Assembly (NCBI GenBank): GCA_965645245.1
Contig: OZ287086.1
Coordinates: 868,001 to 932,000 of the forward strand
Direction: 5' to 3'
DNA: 64,000 nucleotides
DNA from: Massalongia carnosa
Taxonomy: Eukaryota
The first letter of the stretch is position 1, and every line of letters starts with the position of its first letter. Below, in pieces: positions 1 through 12,100 of the stretch. The translations under genes were made by a program, and so were the position numbers. The notes under the pieces are model-generated. The model searched no databases and was not told the origin of the DNA. It saw only the letters and a list, made by a program, of their open reading frames with translations.

Positions 1-381
1 ATTATAGGGGTGGAAGTAGGAAACAACAGCAAAAAGTACGTGCGATGATCAAGCTGATCCAATGGCAGGCTACTAATGATTGATTGAAAATGACTGAGGC
101 TATCTATGGGGTCATATAGCCCATTATATACCGCTGCCTGCCTTGAGCACGATTCTCCCACTTTCTATGTGATCGGTCAGTCAAATGCTGATATGTAAGC
201 TCGTCTTTGTCGGAGTTCCAAAGCTGACATATTTGCCTCATTATCAATCCACTGTAGAATGTTCGAATGTCTCCTAGAATATCAGACGCGGGATGTTGAT
301 GATAAATCCCAAGGTGGCCAATCCAAATACTTCTAATAGCTAGTGCGCATTGGGGTTAGTGCCATTTTCTATAAGCAGACA

Positions 382-1518
382 TCTCGGCTATCCTCAACAG
401 ATTTAACCGGCCTTGGGCCGATTAAATAATAAGAGGCAACTGCCGCACAATCTCACCTAGTGCCTTAATGAGGCATAATTGCCAAAAAGAAAGGTCTTTG
501 TGCCTTCGATCAATGAGTTTACTAAGCTCTTTGATGTCCGATGGATTTTGTATTTTTGCGTGTCCAGAATTCAATCGCGGTTGAACCTGAGGCTTTGATG
601 ATATTTGTACCAATGGGGGCACTCAGGCCCAGGAATATACTTTTTTGCCATCGACCATCGAGCTTAGCAAGCTCTTTGGTGTCCGAGGACTTGGTTGCCT
701 TCGACCATCGAGCTTAGCAAGCTCTTTGGTGTCCGAGGACTGGGTTGCCTTCGACCATCGAGCTTAGCAAGCTCTTTGGTGTCCGAGGACTCGGTTGCCT
801 TCGACCATCGAGCTTAGCAAGCTCTTTGGTGTCCGAGGACTCGGTTGCCTTCGACCATCGAGCTTAGCAAGCTCTTTGGTGTCCGAGGACTCGGTTGCCT
901 TCGACCATCGAGTTTAGCAAGCTCTTTAGTGTCCGAGGACTCGGTTGCCTTCGACCATCGAGCTTAGCAAGCTCTTTGGTGTCCGAGGGCTTCGGTGTAG
1001 TACGATCATTGTGTTCATGCTCTTTCTAAAACGCAATTTTTGTACTTTTGACAAGAAATCGCTGTGTACAGAAGAGAGAACTGATTAATGTGATTTGAGG
1101 GATCGTTTCTAAAGACACAGAAAGATTTTAGTCATGTGTCTACGATTCATTGAATAGGAATGATGCTTAGCTGATTGCACTGCGATGCTGCGGATTAAAA
1201 GCTTCGATTCGTTTTAAATCGATAGCACCCTTCCGGGCTCATAACCTGTTAAAATAGGTATATGACTATGGCTATATGGCTATGTAATAATAAAGGTATG
1301 TATGACCGTGATGTTAAGGATGAAGAGTCGCTATGCAGCAATCTTTTCCTATTACTGGTCACCCTTCTAAGCGAGGTGATCTTATCTTAACTTGGGACTA
1401 AGCCTAATGCGGCATCTACGGTTTCCGTAGATCATCTGTCAATCTAGGGCAGCCGTAGGTGCTATGTTCATTGAATTGATAGGTGTTCATTGTGCTGGTA
1501 GGAATTCGATATTCAACA
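382..1518 (-). mobile_element. 5' part of a Ty1/copia LTR retrotransposon (5' LTR 1247-1518, PBS, 5' UTR), inserted into gypsy pol; left limit uncertain
   Basis: TG...CA LTR at 1247-1518 is similar to LTRs at 53002-53233 and 58884-59114. PBS GGTTATGAGCCC lies on the minus strand at 1235-1246. Region 1090-1246 resembles 58730-58883. Confidence 0.8.
647..990. repeat. 50-bp tandem array (~7 copies) in copia 5' UTR
   Basis: AGCTTAGCAAGCTCTTTGGTGTCCGAGGACTCGGTTGCCTTCGACCATCG recurs at 661, 711, 761, 811, 861, 911 and 961; a degenerate copy lies near 502-545. Confidence 0.95.
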
Positions 1519-4500
1519 GGAGCAGTCGTGAAAACAAGTCCTAATTTTTGAATGATTCCTTGGCTTCCTTTGTGAACGTAAACTGGCCGTCGAATTTACC
1601 CCTTTTTCCTCCTTTGAGAAGGGTAGTAAGGGCAGTTACTATCCGCGAAAATCCGTCTATAAATCGTCTATAGAAGTTCGCAAAACCAAGGAAGACTTGT
1701 ACGTCTCTATGATTATTGGGTTCTGGCCAGTTTGTTATCGTCGTTATGCGAGAGGGGTCCATTCTTATGCCCGTTGGAGTCAAAATAAATCCTAAGTATT
1801 CAATCTCGGAATTATCGAAAAGGCATTTTAGAGAGTTTCGCATGCAGATTATATTTCCGAAGCTTCTCGAGTATCATTCGAACGTGATTTGCATTCTCTT
1901 CGATTTTTTTAGAAAATACCAAAAATATCGTCCAGATACACTAATACGAATACGTCCAGGTATTCACTTAGAGCTTCGTGAATATACGCCTGAAACGTGA
2001 CAGGTGCATTCGCTAACCCAAAAGGCATTACTAGATATTCGTAGTAACCTTACCTGCATCTGAACGCGGTCTTCAATTCGTCGCCGGCTCTAATGCGTAT
2101 AGAGTTAAAGGCGTCCCGAATGTCGAATTTGGTAAAGATCAGCGCTCCTATCAACACTTCAACGATCCTTGAATTAATAGGAGTGAATAACGGTTTTTGA
2201 TCGTTACTGCATTAAGACCTCGATAATCGACGCATAGTCGCAGGCCACCATCTTTTTTCTTCGCGAATAATATTGGTGCTCCAGCCGAGGACTTGTTTGG
2301 AACTATGTAACCTTTAGCTAATTGCTCGTCCAAATACTCACGGAGTGCATTTAATTCTGTCAGCGATAAATTATAAATAGGCCCGAAGGGAATGTTTCCT
2401 TCGGTCTCAATCGCATGATCATGAGGTCCATGTTTCGGTAGTTTATGTGCTTTCTCTTTGGAGAACACATACATCACTATAGTCGGCATATTTGGAAGGG
2501 ATTTCAGTTGGTACTTCAGCTACAGAACCAATTACTGTTCCCGTTTGGTCGAGATCTTGAACATTTAGAAGAAATACTTGTATTCCCTCCTCTGCGCAAA
2601 GCCTTCGAGTCCATGCGAGTCGAGTACCGCTATATCTGGATGACTATTGGAAGTATTACATCGAGGGACTTGTGTCCGCTCGACTACAGGCTCACTAGTC
2701 TCAAGGTCATAGACCTCATGCAGACACGCCTGACCGTCCTCGTTTTCCGATAGACGAACATGGAATAATTTGCGCTCATGCTAGCGGATAACCGGATCAA
2801 CCTGATCTAACCGGGGCATTCCTAGTATCATATCAACGCAAAACATGTCAGCACCCACGAACGTTTGATCCGCTCGTAACTCTACACCCTTATCATCAAC
2901 GACTCCAACTTGTAGAGTGTGATTATGATAAGTTTATAGAGGCGTTCCATCCATTGTCTTCAACTCCGACGGCGGTGGGGACTCGACAGGAATTCGTAAC
3001 GCAGCCTCCTTCACCTTTATTTGGGAAAAGAAATTCCAAGTAGTACCGCAGCCAATCATAGTGCGTATTTGCAGAATTACCTTGTCAATGTATAATGTCA
3101 CTACAGTAAATAGATGTTTTACCGTTTTACCTCTTTGTCTGCGAGCCAAAACAATCGAGGCAACATCGATTGGCTCTAGGCTTTTCCCGACCTTCGAGAT
3201 GGTGCTCTACACTCGGAGCGTTGTGACCTTTCTTGTTACAATTCCAGCATGTAATTCCAGAGTTGTCATAATTTTCTTCACGAGGCCTCTTGGAATTAGG
3301 TCGAGTAACAACAGCCTGTGTCGTGTTAGCGTTCTTGGGCTTATCGGCTTTAGAAGAGGTAGTTCTCATATAGGTAGAGGATCGCCGGGCGTACGATGGT
3401 CGCGAGGATCTCTCTCTATTTTCAGAACGAGATTGTGTTCTAGTAGAGGTGGTGCGAAGAAAGTCGGGTTTCGGCTCCATTCGCTCGGCCACTCGTGCGG
3501 CTTCGATCAACTCTACACGATTCTAGCCTTATGAGTTGGCACGAATAATAGCTCGTTGCAAGTAGTCATGTAGGGATTGTTAGAGGTTACTATGCTTTTG
3601 TGACTCCGAAGGCCTTTCCGGTAGTTGATCTTCGAGAGTTTCCAAGTAAGAAACTAATTCCGAGACGGATTGACCCGGACGTTGTTTAAGCTTCTTTAAT
3701 TGACCGCCGATGTCTAATAGTCGGACGTGATTAGGTTTGAGTTTCTCCTGTAACAAGTGAGTCATATGTTCCCACGTATAGGAGGGGTGGTCTGGGGTTG
3801 GTGCCGTCAATAAAGTTCTCAGCATAGAGAATCTTTGCCCTGTCAGTCGCATAAGTGATGGGTTTAGTCTCGAACGTCCGTTAACATTCTCTAATAAAGG
3901 TCTCATAGTCCTTCTGATTAGTACCCGTGTAAAGCTTAGGGTCAGCAACTTCAAAGGACTTTTCGAGACTAAGAGGGTCCACTTCCTTTGCTCTGATGGG
4001 TATTGTCATAGTAGGAGGTTCTGTTGGGAAACCAGCGTCCCGTTCGGCCCTGGTCTTTTCGAGGTTAGTTGCCAATTGGACTCGGGCGCGCTGGTCGTTG
4101 ATATCATCCAACTCCTTTTGCGTCTCTTCTATAGTTGGTAGTCGCTGGTCATTACCAGGCCCTTCGCCAGAGGTACGCGTTGTAGAAGAATCGTCAATTC
4201 CTTCAGGTTGGGTAATGGTGTTACCTCTAGCAGATGCAGCAGGACGACCTCGTGGTGCCATATCGTAGTCGGACCGTTCTTCGATTTAAGACTGATCAAT
4301 ATGTGAGGCGAAGTACGAACAGTGTGACTATATGGCCCTACAGTAGTAGTATGACAATAGAATAGGAGTCGCTATAGAATAGCATTAGGTGGAGTGTAAT
4401 CAATAGATCGATCAGTGTCCCTTCGAAAGAGGTCGGCGAAGGGCTCTTTATCCTATAGCCCAACCTTGATCAGGCCACGTTCGTCAAACTAATTACTATT

Positions 4501-4600
4501 ACATGATTGGACCGGTTAAGACTATCGCATGGGTGTCTTCCCGCGAACCCCCTGCAGAAGTGTGCGACCGCTTCATGTCTTGTGGGAAGCTGTCCTGACA
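1519..4600 (-). mobile_element. Degenerate Ty3/gypsy retrotransposon (5' LTR, gag, protease, RT), interrupted by the copia at 1518
   Basis: Putative LTR 4323-4600 (TG...CA). Gag fragments 4261-3127 include zinc knuckle CWNCNKKGH. Protease relic at 2934-3149. RT motifs [27 protein letters not shown] (~1925-1937) and FLGFANFYRRFI. Multiple frameshifts. Confidence 0.9.
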
Positions 4601-4659
4601 GTATTCTTCAAAGATTTTGAAAACTCGACAGGCTTCTTGCACGAAGATTCTAAGACAAT

Positions 4660-5010
4660 TCAGATGATGACGTTGACATAAAGATAGATTTTAGGCTTAC
4701 TTTTGCTACATTTTTATTCAGATGATAACGTTGAACCAGAGGTAGATTTCAGTCTAGTTTTTACTGCATCATCATTCAGATAATGATGTCAAGTCGGAGG
4801 AAGATTTAAGTTTGACTTTTACTGCATCATAATTTATCTTACTTTAATTCAGAAGCATATTTCAGTTTAAACTTTTTGCTTCATTATTATATATTTTACT
4901 TTCATTCCAGAACAAGTTACTTTAAAACTCTGATTTTTGCTGCATCATCATTCGACTAACGTTGATTCAAAAACAGATCTCAGTTTGACTTTTATTGCTT
5001 CATCACTCAA
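4660..5010. repeat. Highly degenerate ~60-bp tandem repeat in AT-rich relic DNA
   Basis: Recurrent CAGATGATRAYGTTGA...AGATTT...TTTT(R)CTGCATCAT units near 4660, 4719, 4777 and 4950. Confidence 0.55.
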
Positions 5011-5407
5011 TTAACTTTGATTCAATGACAAAAAATCTGAATTGCCTTTATGATCTGATTTCTGCTGTATTATCTTTCTTGATTCAGAGAAAGATCTCCA
5101 AAATTCAGTTTCAAGAAGTTTACTTCGCTGCATTATTATCTACAGATGAGACCTTTCGAATTATTTATTACTTACACGACAGAAGTAATCAGATTTCCAA
5201 TAAAAAATCGTCTAAAAAGTCTCGATATTGATAATTACAGATTTTGAGATAATCTTATTTTATTTAACAGGCTCGATCTGTTGAATTTGTAACGGTTCGA
5301 CAAAGCGTGGTATAGACGGCAGGACCTACAGCGAACATAGCAGGAGTCCCAGTTATAGTAGGATAGAGCTTGGTCTGCGGACTAAGTATTGTGCCTTTTT
5401 GTCGGGA

Positions 5408-5523
5408 GGACAGGTGGCGCAATGGCAAAAATCTATTCACTATCTCGCTTCGTCACAGAATACTTAGTAATCAATCGGTGTACTAGTCGTGAGTTCGATT
5501 CCTGACCTGAGTTCCTCGCTTTT
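5408..5523 (+). promoter_or_regulatory. Putative tRNA-like Pol III unit in the TRIM (A box, B box, T-run)
   Basis: TGGCGCAATGG at 5415-5425, AGTTCGATTCC at 5492-5502 and TTTT at 5520-5523. All three are conserved in copy 2 (minus strand: 27692-27702, 27615-27625, T5 at 27593-27597). Confidence 0.55.
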
Positions 5524-5814
5524 CGCCTTGTTTCGACGGACTGAATCTAGGACGAAACGGGAAAGCGTAGGATGAAAACTCCTTAAGTCGGATCGGCGAG
5601 GGCCGTACGATAAGAAGAGCCCATTCTTCGGGGCTAACTATAACTGGAAGCGGCTAGGGGCTAGCCGCAGCTAGACGGGCGGTAATGTAACGGTTCGACC
5701 AAGCGTGGTACGGACGGCAGGACCTACAGCGAATATAGCAGGAGTCTCAGTTATAGTAGAATAGAGCTTGGTCTGCGGACTAAGTATTGTGCCTTTAGTC
5801 GGGAAGGACAGGTG

Positions 5815-6573
5815 ATGATGATGATGATAATAATGATTCTTATTCCAATGTGGTACCGGCCGAAGGCCGGCCCATGCGGGCGAGTCTATCTAGTTTTATA
5901 GTATATGGAAAGCCTTTTGAGGAAGAAAAACCATGCAATCCTGTGTCCGGCCGAGGACCCTCCGGGTCCCAGCCGTGTACTCCATGAAAAAACCTTTGAC
6001 CTAAGACAAGTATGAAAAATGAAACAAAGCATGCCTACTATTAGCAGTATAGATGCTGTGCTGTCAGCGATAATTTGGAAAATAAACCTGTCTTCATTAG
6101 CTACTTTGTGACTAATTTCATTACTTCAGATGACTCAGTGATTAATCGATAGTTGTTTGTGCCTATCTTATTTAGCAGAGTTTTTCTGTTGTCGTTGAAT
6201 TTGCAAAACATGATCACATGTTTTACAGTCTTTTTATGCCAGCCACATGAGCAGTTCGGGGACGAGACGTCTGGGACTCGGTATCTATGTAGGAAGGCGG
6301 CTAGGCCTATCTTTTCTGAGCGTATCTGTATGGCTAGCGCGCTATCCGCTTTGGCTAGAGTTTCGTGCAATTTGATGCGTTTTTTAGAGAGTGAACCTGA
6401 TTGTGCCGGGGTGGGAACGGGTGTGCGTTCCTGATATGATCTCCACGAGGCCTGCCATGCAAATGTGTGTAGTTTTTCTATTTGAGCAGTTATTTTGTTA
6501 TGAGCGGCGCGTGCCTCCCCTATTTCTCGGGCGAGATTCGGGGGGGATTCGGCCCATGGTGGATTTGGTGTCA
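5815..6573 (-). mobile_element. 5'-truncated Tad1-like LINE (3' end)
   Basis: 14-bp TSD GGGAAGGACAGGTG (5801-5814 / 6574-6587), (ATC)n-type tail and C-terminal CSCG...HVIMFC motif. Near-identical to 35945-36704. Confidence 0.92.
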
Positions 6574-6748
6574 GGGAAGGACAGGTGGCGCAATGGTAGA
6601 AATCTATTCACTATCTCGCTTCATAACAGAATAGATCGATAAAGTCATGATTCAAAACGTCTTTATCTTCATATCATTAAGTAAAAGTTTTATTATTGAA
6701 TAAAAGTCTTTCATGAGAACAAAAGAGTTGTGAAAAATAGGAAACAAC

Positions 6749-7233
6749 TGTAATAGGGTAGGCCTAGTATGCGTTCGTTGGAACGTATGACTGGCCTATA
6801 TGGCTATGTGGGATACGTATAGCCAAAACAACTAACAAGACAATAATGTCCCGCCTAACCCAGTTAGGCCTAGTATAGGGACTTAACTTATTATGGAGGT
6901 GTTTTCGTAGTACACGAAGTATCCCCTCTCCTCGTCTTACCTCCCCTAGCTCGCCTGCCTAGTCTCATCTAACCGAGTGTTTCGGAGAACGAAGTATTTC
7001 GGAGTCCGAAAATACCAGGTAGTATGGGCAAGGTATAGAAGAAGAGCTTAAGTTGGGGATTTTCTTATCCTATATAGATCAATGATCAAGCACTTCAAAA
7101 GGGTAGCATTTTGTCTACCCTTTGACCAGACCCTATCGATTTGTACCTCTATTGTGACTATCACGTTGTGTAGCCCCTGTGGATTCCGTCTTCCAGTACT
7201 GAATTCCTGCTGTGAGAAGGTCTCCCCGTTTCA
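6749..7233. mobile_element. Probable solo LTR
   Basis: TGTAAT...GTTTCA ends. Flanks ACAAC/ATAAT fit a 5-bp TSD with two C-to-T changes. GC content is higher than in the flanks. Confidence 0.55.
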
Positions 7234-7249
7234 ATAATACAATTTGATA

Positions 7250-7475
7250 TCGCCGAGAAGAATCGTCTGTTTATATAATGATCACATACTATCTTATTCT
7301 TCATTTTTTTCAGTACAAACTTTACTTTGGTTTTTATTTCAGAAACTTAAATATTTATCAGAAAAAAATTACAAAGTTTACTTAAATATCTTTTTCTTCT
7401 TTAATTCTATCTTTCTTCATTCATAGGCCGGCCTTCGGCCGATGACACAAGGGCGTAAAAATAATCAAATCAAAA
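7250..7475 (+). mobile_element. Heavily eroded LINE 3' end
   Basis: Retains the GGCCGGCCTTCGGCCG hairpin (7426-7441) seen at the other LINE 3' ends, followed by an AATC-type tail; the rest is AT-rich. Confidence 0.45.
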
Positions 7476-7763
7476 TTTTCTTCATTATATTTTTCTCAAA
7501 TGTCATCAATTTTACAAAAAATTCTTATCTTGTGAAAAAGACAGAATTTTTTCGATACGAATTAATTATATCAAAAGAATTCTCTTTAAGTACAACTGAA
7601 ATTCAATTATATGGAAGACTTAATCAGATATTACATTTGATTTTATTAGAGGGAATTACATTGACTTAAACTTTATTTAAGTCGGTTTTATTATCAGTAT
7701 TCTTATTAAAGAACTTCGAAATAACATAAATAAACAAAAAACTATAATGATAAAGACTAATGA

Positions 7764-9142
7764 TGACGATAATTATGATAAATTCTTATACCGATATGTC
7801 ACCGGCCGAAGGCTGGCTTATACGGGCGTGGTTCTATATGACTATTGTACATAGGAAAACGTTTTAAGGAATAAAACCCCAGTACCCAGTAATATCGCCT
7901 GCGGGATAACCATGATCCCTCAGTTTACCTAATAACGTGTCTCTGTGAGGTCTTTGAAAGAAAAAGGAGAAGAGCGAAAGAAAAGGGGAAGAAGTCAAAT
8001 ATTTCAAATGTTGTGTCGACGGGAACTATCCGTACAGCATAGTCGCTTCAAATGAAAACTGTTTTGGTATATCTGCCCGCATTAACCATGCTGTCAACTT
8101 TTTCAATTTTGCGGAATTTTCAATTATCGTGCGATATTTGACAGTTTTCACTTGATTAAATAATTCATTTCTTCCGTCTATCAGCTGACAGTGCATGATG
8201 ACGTGTTTGGCCGTCCGCCTTAGCTATCCACATATGCACGCCGGTAAGTTAGCATTGGGTACCCTTCGGTTGAAAAGAAAGTTGGCCAACCCGATTTTCT
8301 CCGTGCGTATTTGCGTTGCTAGTGAACTCTCCGCTTTTGCCAAATTGCTGTGAGTTTTTAATCTCAAGCGAAGCTTGTTGAGCCTCGGTGGGGAGTGGAA
8401 TGCGATTTTGATAAGTCGCCCATATTGACTTCCATATTTTCATATGAAGCTCCATGAGCCGCGTATGATGTGCCCGTTAGGCCGTTCGCGCTTTACTCAG
8501 CTCCTTGAGATATTCTGGACTGGCCTCGTACCATTGGGGCGCGGAAGGCGGTAATCTAACGGCGGCTTCTTTATTTAACATTGCCTTAGCCCATGTGTGT
8601 TTCAGTTCTCCGGTTCTTGGCGGCGGAGTTTTTCTTCGACCCGCTCTTTCCCGTAGCTTATTAGCTATTATCTTGCATGCGGAGTTAGCGAGCGCTTTTT
8701 GCCCCGTGATTCGTAGTCGATATCTGGCTTTAGCCTGCAGTTGATCCAAATACATATCTATTGGGGCTATGTGTGTTTCTGCCTCCAGCACCGGTATCGG
8801 GGTAGCCTTGAACGCTCCGATGACTGTGCGTAGGCATCTGTTCTGAATGACCCCCAATTTGGACGTTATAGATTTATTTCTATTTACGTCTTTCAGTGTG
8901 TGCCAGACGATTGAACCATATATCATGGCCGGCCGCACCACCGCCGTGTATACTTGCCTGGCCCTAGCGAACGAAGCTCCCCAGATAGACGTGGAAATTT
9001 TGTTAGGGCCATGCTCTGCTTGACTATCTTCTCCTGCGTTTTCCGTATGTGAGCAACCCAATTAAGTTTGGTATCTATTTGAAGACCGAGTATTCTTATA
9101 TCCGCTTTTGGTTTGATTAAGCTGTTTTCTATATTAATAGGC
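7764..9142 (-). pseudogene. LINE ORF2 C-terminal part and 3' UTR (3' portion of chimera A)
   Basis: IRILGLQIDTKLNW, ARQVYTAVVRPAMIYGS, GAFKATPIPVLEAE and a C-terminal Cys/His motif; frameshifted. Confidence 0.88.
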
Positions 9143-12100
9143 AAATCAAATACTTCTTCAAGACTCTATTCAGTTATTGAATATCTGTATATGATATAAA
9201 CCAATAAGAGATACGGAGGTCGCGATGAATATTCAACTCGAAAACACGTTCGTGATCGCGCACGCGGTGCAGAGAGATCAACTGCTGTATATGATAGATG
9301 ACTGTCTGATAGGCATAGGAGACGGAGAAGAACCGGAGGGAACAGGGATTCTAGAGGAGGTGGAAATTTTTCTCGATAATCAGAGAAGCATCGACAACGA
9401 CAACGAAAACATACCGAAGCCTATTCACGACACCATGACTGAAATACAAAGAAGTCTAGCCCGTATCGAAAGTGCTAAGACAGCCACAACAACCACAAAC
9501 AGCTATTCCGCAGCCGCCACCAGAGGTCAAGCCTCCGAGGCCCCCCCGATTCCCCGCCTCACCAAGCCAATCACTTCTTCAAAACAATCCGAACCCTAAT
9601 CACAAGAAGTTCGTCAGGCAAGAGCAATGACCGTAGTCATTTCCAGCGCAAGCGACAAGGAAAAAATAAAGAACATGCCCACAAAAGATCTCGTGTAGAC
9701 ACTACAAGCAGAAACGGAGGGGATTCGGGGAGTATCGCGACTCATCAGCGGAGATCTCAAAATTCACACTGAATCACTAGAAGTCAAAAAGACTCTACAA
9801 GAAAAGTCGGAATGGACCCGAAAAATAGCCGACTCAGCGGCGATTAAGACACGGACATACTCGGTCAGAGTAAATGGTGTCAAGATGGAACATATCAAAA
9901 CCGCCAACCAATCGCAGGCCATAGGGTACCTGCAGACCGCTAACGCACGCCTGCACCCGGACATGCAGATAAAGAAAATAGCCTGGTCCACCAGGGCTAT
10001 AAGGGAAAAGAAGGCGTTCTACACGCTACATATGGAAGTCGCCACCGCCGAAACGGCCAATCGGGTCATAGCCGAGGGTCTCATAATCGACTATGAAATC
10101 AAAGACTGTGAAAGATTTACAAAGGGATGCACCATGACGCAATATTTTAATTGTCACAAATATAGTTATATAGGTCGATCATATCCCAACCCCACCGCCT
10201 GCGGTCACTGTGCTGGGGCTCATCCTAGCACCAAATACAAAATGGAAACAACAGGTAGATATCGAAGATGTGAGGCATGCAGTGAAAAGGGGCACGAAGC
10301 CTGGTCAAAATCCTGCGAAATCAGGAAAGTCGAAAAACGCAAAGCAGAGAGGGCCATGCAAAAACGGGTCCCATTCTACCCAGTAATCGCCCCCGTACCG
10401 GCTCCGTTCAGGTTCCAGAGCGAAAACATTAACCCGGTCCTTGGCAGCACAAACAGCAAAAAGAGGAAAACCGCACTTCCCTCCGATATCCCCCCGTATC
10501 CCCCACGAACGGGAACGTCCTGGGCTGACACGGACATCATAAATCTAGAAAACATGACAAAGGCCCTTGCAAAACCAGTTGTAGATAGAGCCCCACTCAG
10601 ACCCCGAGCTGTATATACTGCCCCGGCGATAATCAGAGCAAACAACACCACCAACGACCCCTCGACCTCCCAGGCCGAATCAATAGACGTCCTATGAGGG
10701 ACACGAAATCTATCTCTATATTGCAGTACAATATCAGAAATAACAGAGTGAATACAATGTTACGCTTCTTAGCCGATCCGAACACTCAAGAATATGATAT
10801 TATCGCAATTCAGGAACCCTAGCGCAATCTATCTATTCCTACCACGTTAAGCTCTCATTAAAGTTGGTTTCATTTATTATATCGCGCAAATGGAGACACC
10901 AGAGTGTGTTTCTACATAAATGATACTATTGAACCTGATAGCTGGGAAGTAGAGTATCCGTCGGCCATCAGGTGTACCCTAATAATTCGAATGAAAGTTG
11001 GAAACACATCAGACGTGATCGACATCAACAATGTGTATAATCCCTCTCCTATTTCCTATTCTTCTATAGACAGTCCGTCCACGCTAGCAATAGTGAAACG
11101 CCAATTAATTGCAGAGACAAAACACTTTTTACTGGGCGACTTCAACCTATATCATCCATTGTAGAATCATTCGTCGAGGGCTAATCAACATGCGGAGTCG
11201 GAAAAATTACTGAACATAATTGAAGAGGCAAATCTATCACTAACACTTATAAAAGGCACCATTACATAGGTGGCTAGACAATCGTCTAGCACAATCGATC
11301 TTGTATTCATATCCGAAGAATTAACGGATAGACTAGAACATTGCATGTCAAGACCGGAAGTTAATCAGTCGTCCGATCACATTCCGATCTCTACCCGAAT
11401 TGCTTTGAATAGTAAGGTTCAAACAATCAGAGAACGCAGGGCCTGGAAACTGACGAATATGAGAAAACTGAGAGAAGCGGAAAAGAGTGCGCCCCCCCCG
11501 AAGACCCCCCGATCCCCCGCAGAATTCGATGCTTAAACAGTTTCAATTTAAAATTTCTTCAAGAAGTGATAGAAACCTCTATACCTTAGGCTAGACCCAG
11601 TAAGTACGCCAAACCCTTTTGGAATGATAAATGCAGTATGATCACGAAAGAAACTCGTAGGCTCAGACGTGTCTGGTCCAATTCAAGAGACATTTCTGAT
11701 TGGATAACATACACAAAATCTGTAAGGTTAGACTAAGCGTGATGCGGACGGCAGGACCTTCAGCGAACATAGCAGGAGTCCCAGTTATAGTAGAATAGAG
11801 CTTGGTCTGCGGAATAAGTATTGTGCGTTTTGGTCGGGAAGGACAGGTGGCGCAATGGTAGAATCTATTCACTATCTCGCTTCGTCACAAAATAAAAAAT
11901 CATTCAAAAGGCTAAAAGACTATCGTTCCGCAAGGAAATAGAAAAAGCCACCGAATCGCCAACTCGTCTCTGGCGACTAGCCAAATAGGCGAAATACAAA
12001 AGTGACCAGACAAGAGAAATTCCAAAATGCCCAATATCGTTCGAGACGACCAAATAGCAGAGACGTTCGAGGAGAAATCGGACATGCTAAAAGAGAAATT

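Larger units (their letters stand above)
5288..6628 (+). mobile_element. TRIM (miniature non-coding LTR retrotransposon), copy 1; 3' LTR split by a LINE
   Basis: 5' LTR 5288-5457 (170 bp, TG...CA), 228-bp internal domain 5458-5685 and purine-rich tract AGACGGGCGG before the 3' LTR (5686-5814 plus 6588-6628). Flanks GAATT/GAATA. Confidence 0.9.

Noticed and set aside
1..381. Possible LTR end at the window start
   Set aside because: It ends in ...CAGACA, but no partner, TSD or PBS is visible in the window.
647..990. CRISPR-like array (also 21239-21436 and 33541-33760)
   Set aside because: Head-to-tail repeats with no unique spacers, no cas genes and a eukaryotic TE context.
5408..5512. Functional tRNA gene
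   Set aside because: The D-stem and T-stem do not pair properly and no clear anticodon arm exists; reported only as a tRNA-like promoter.
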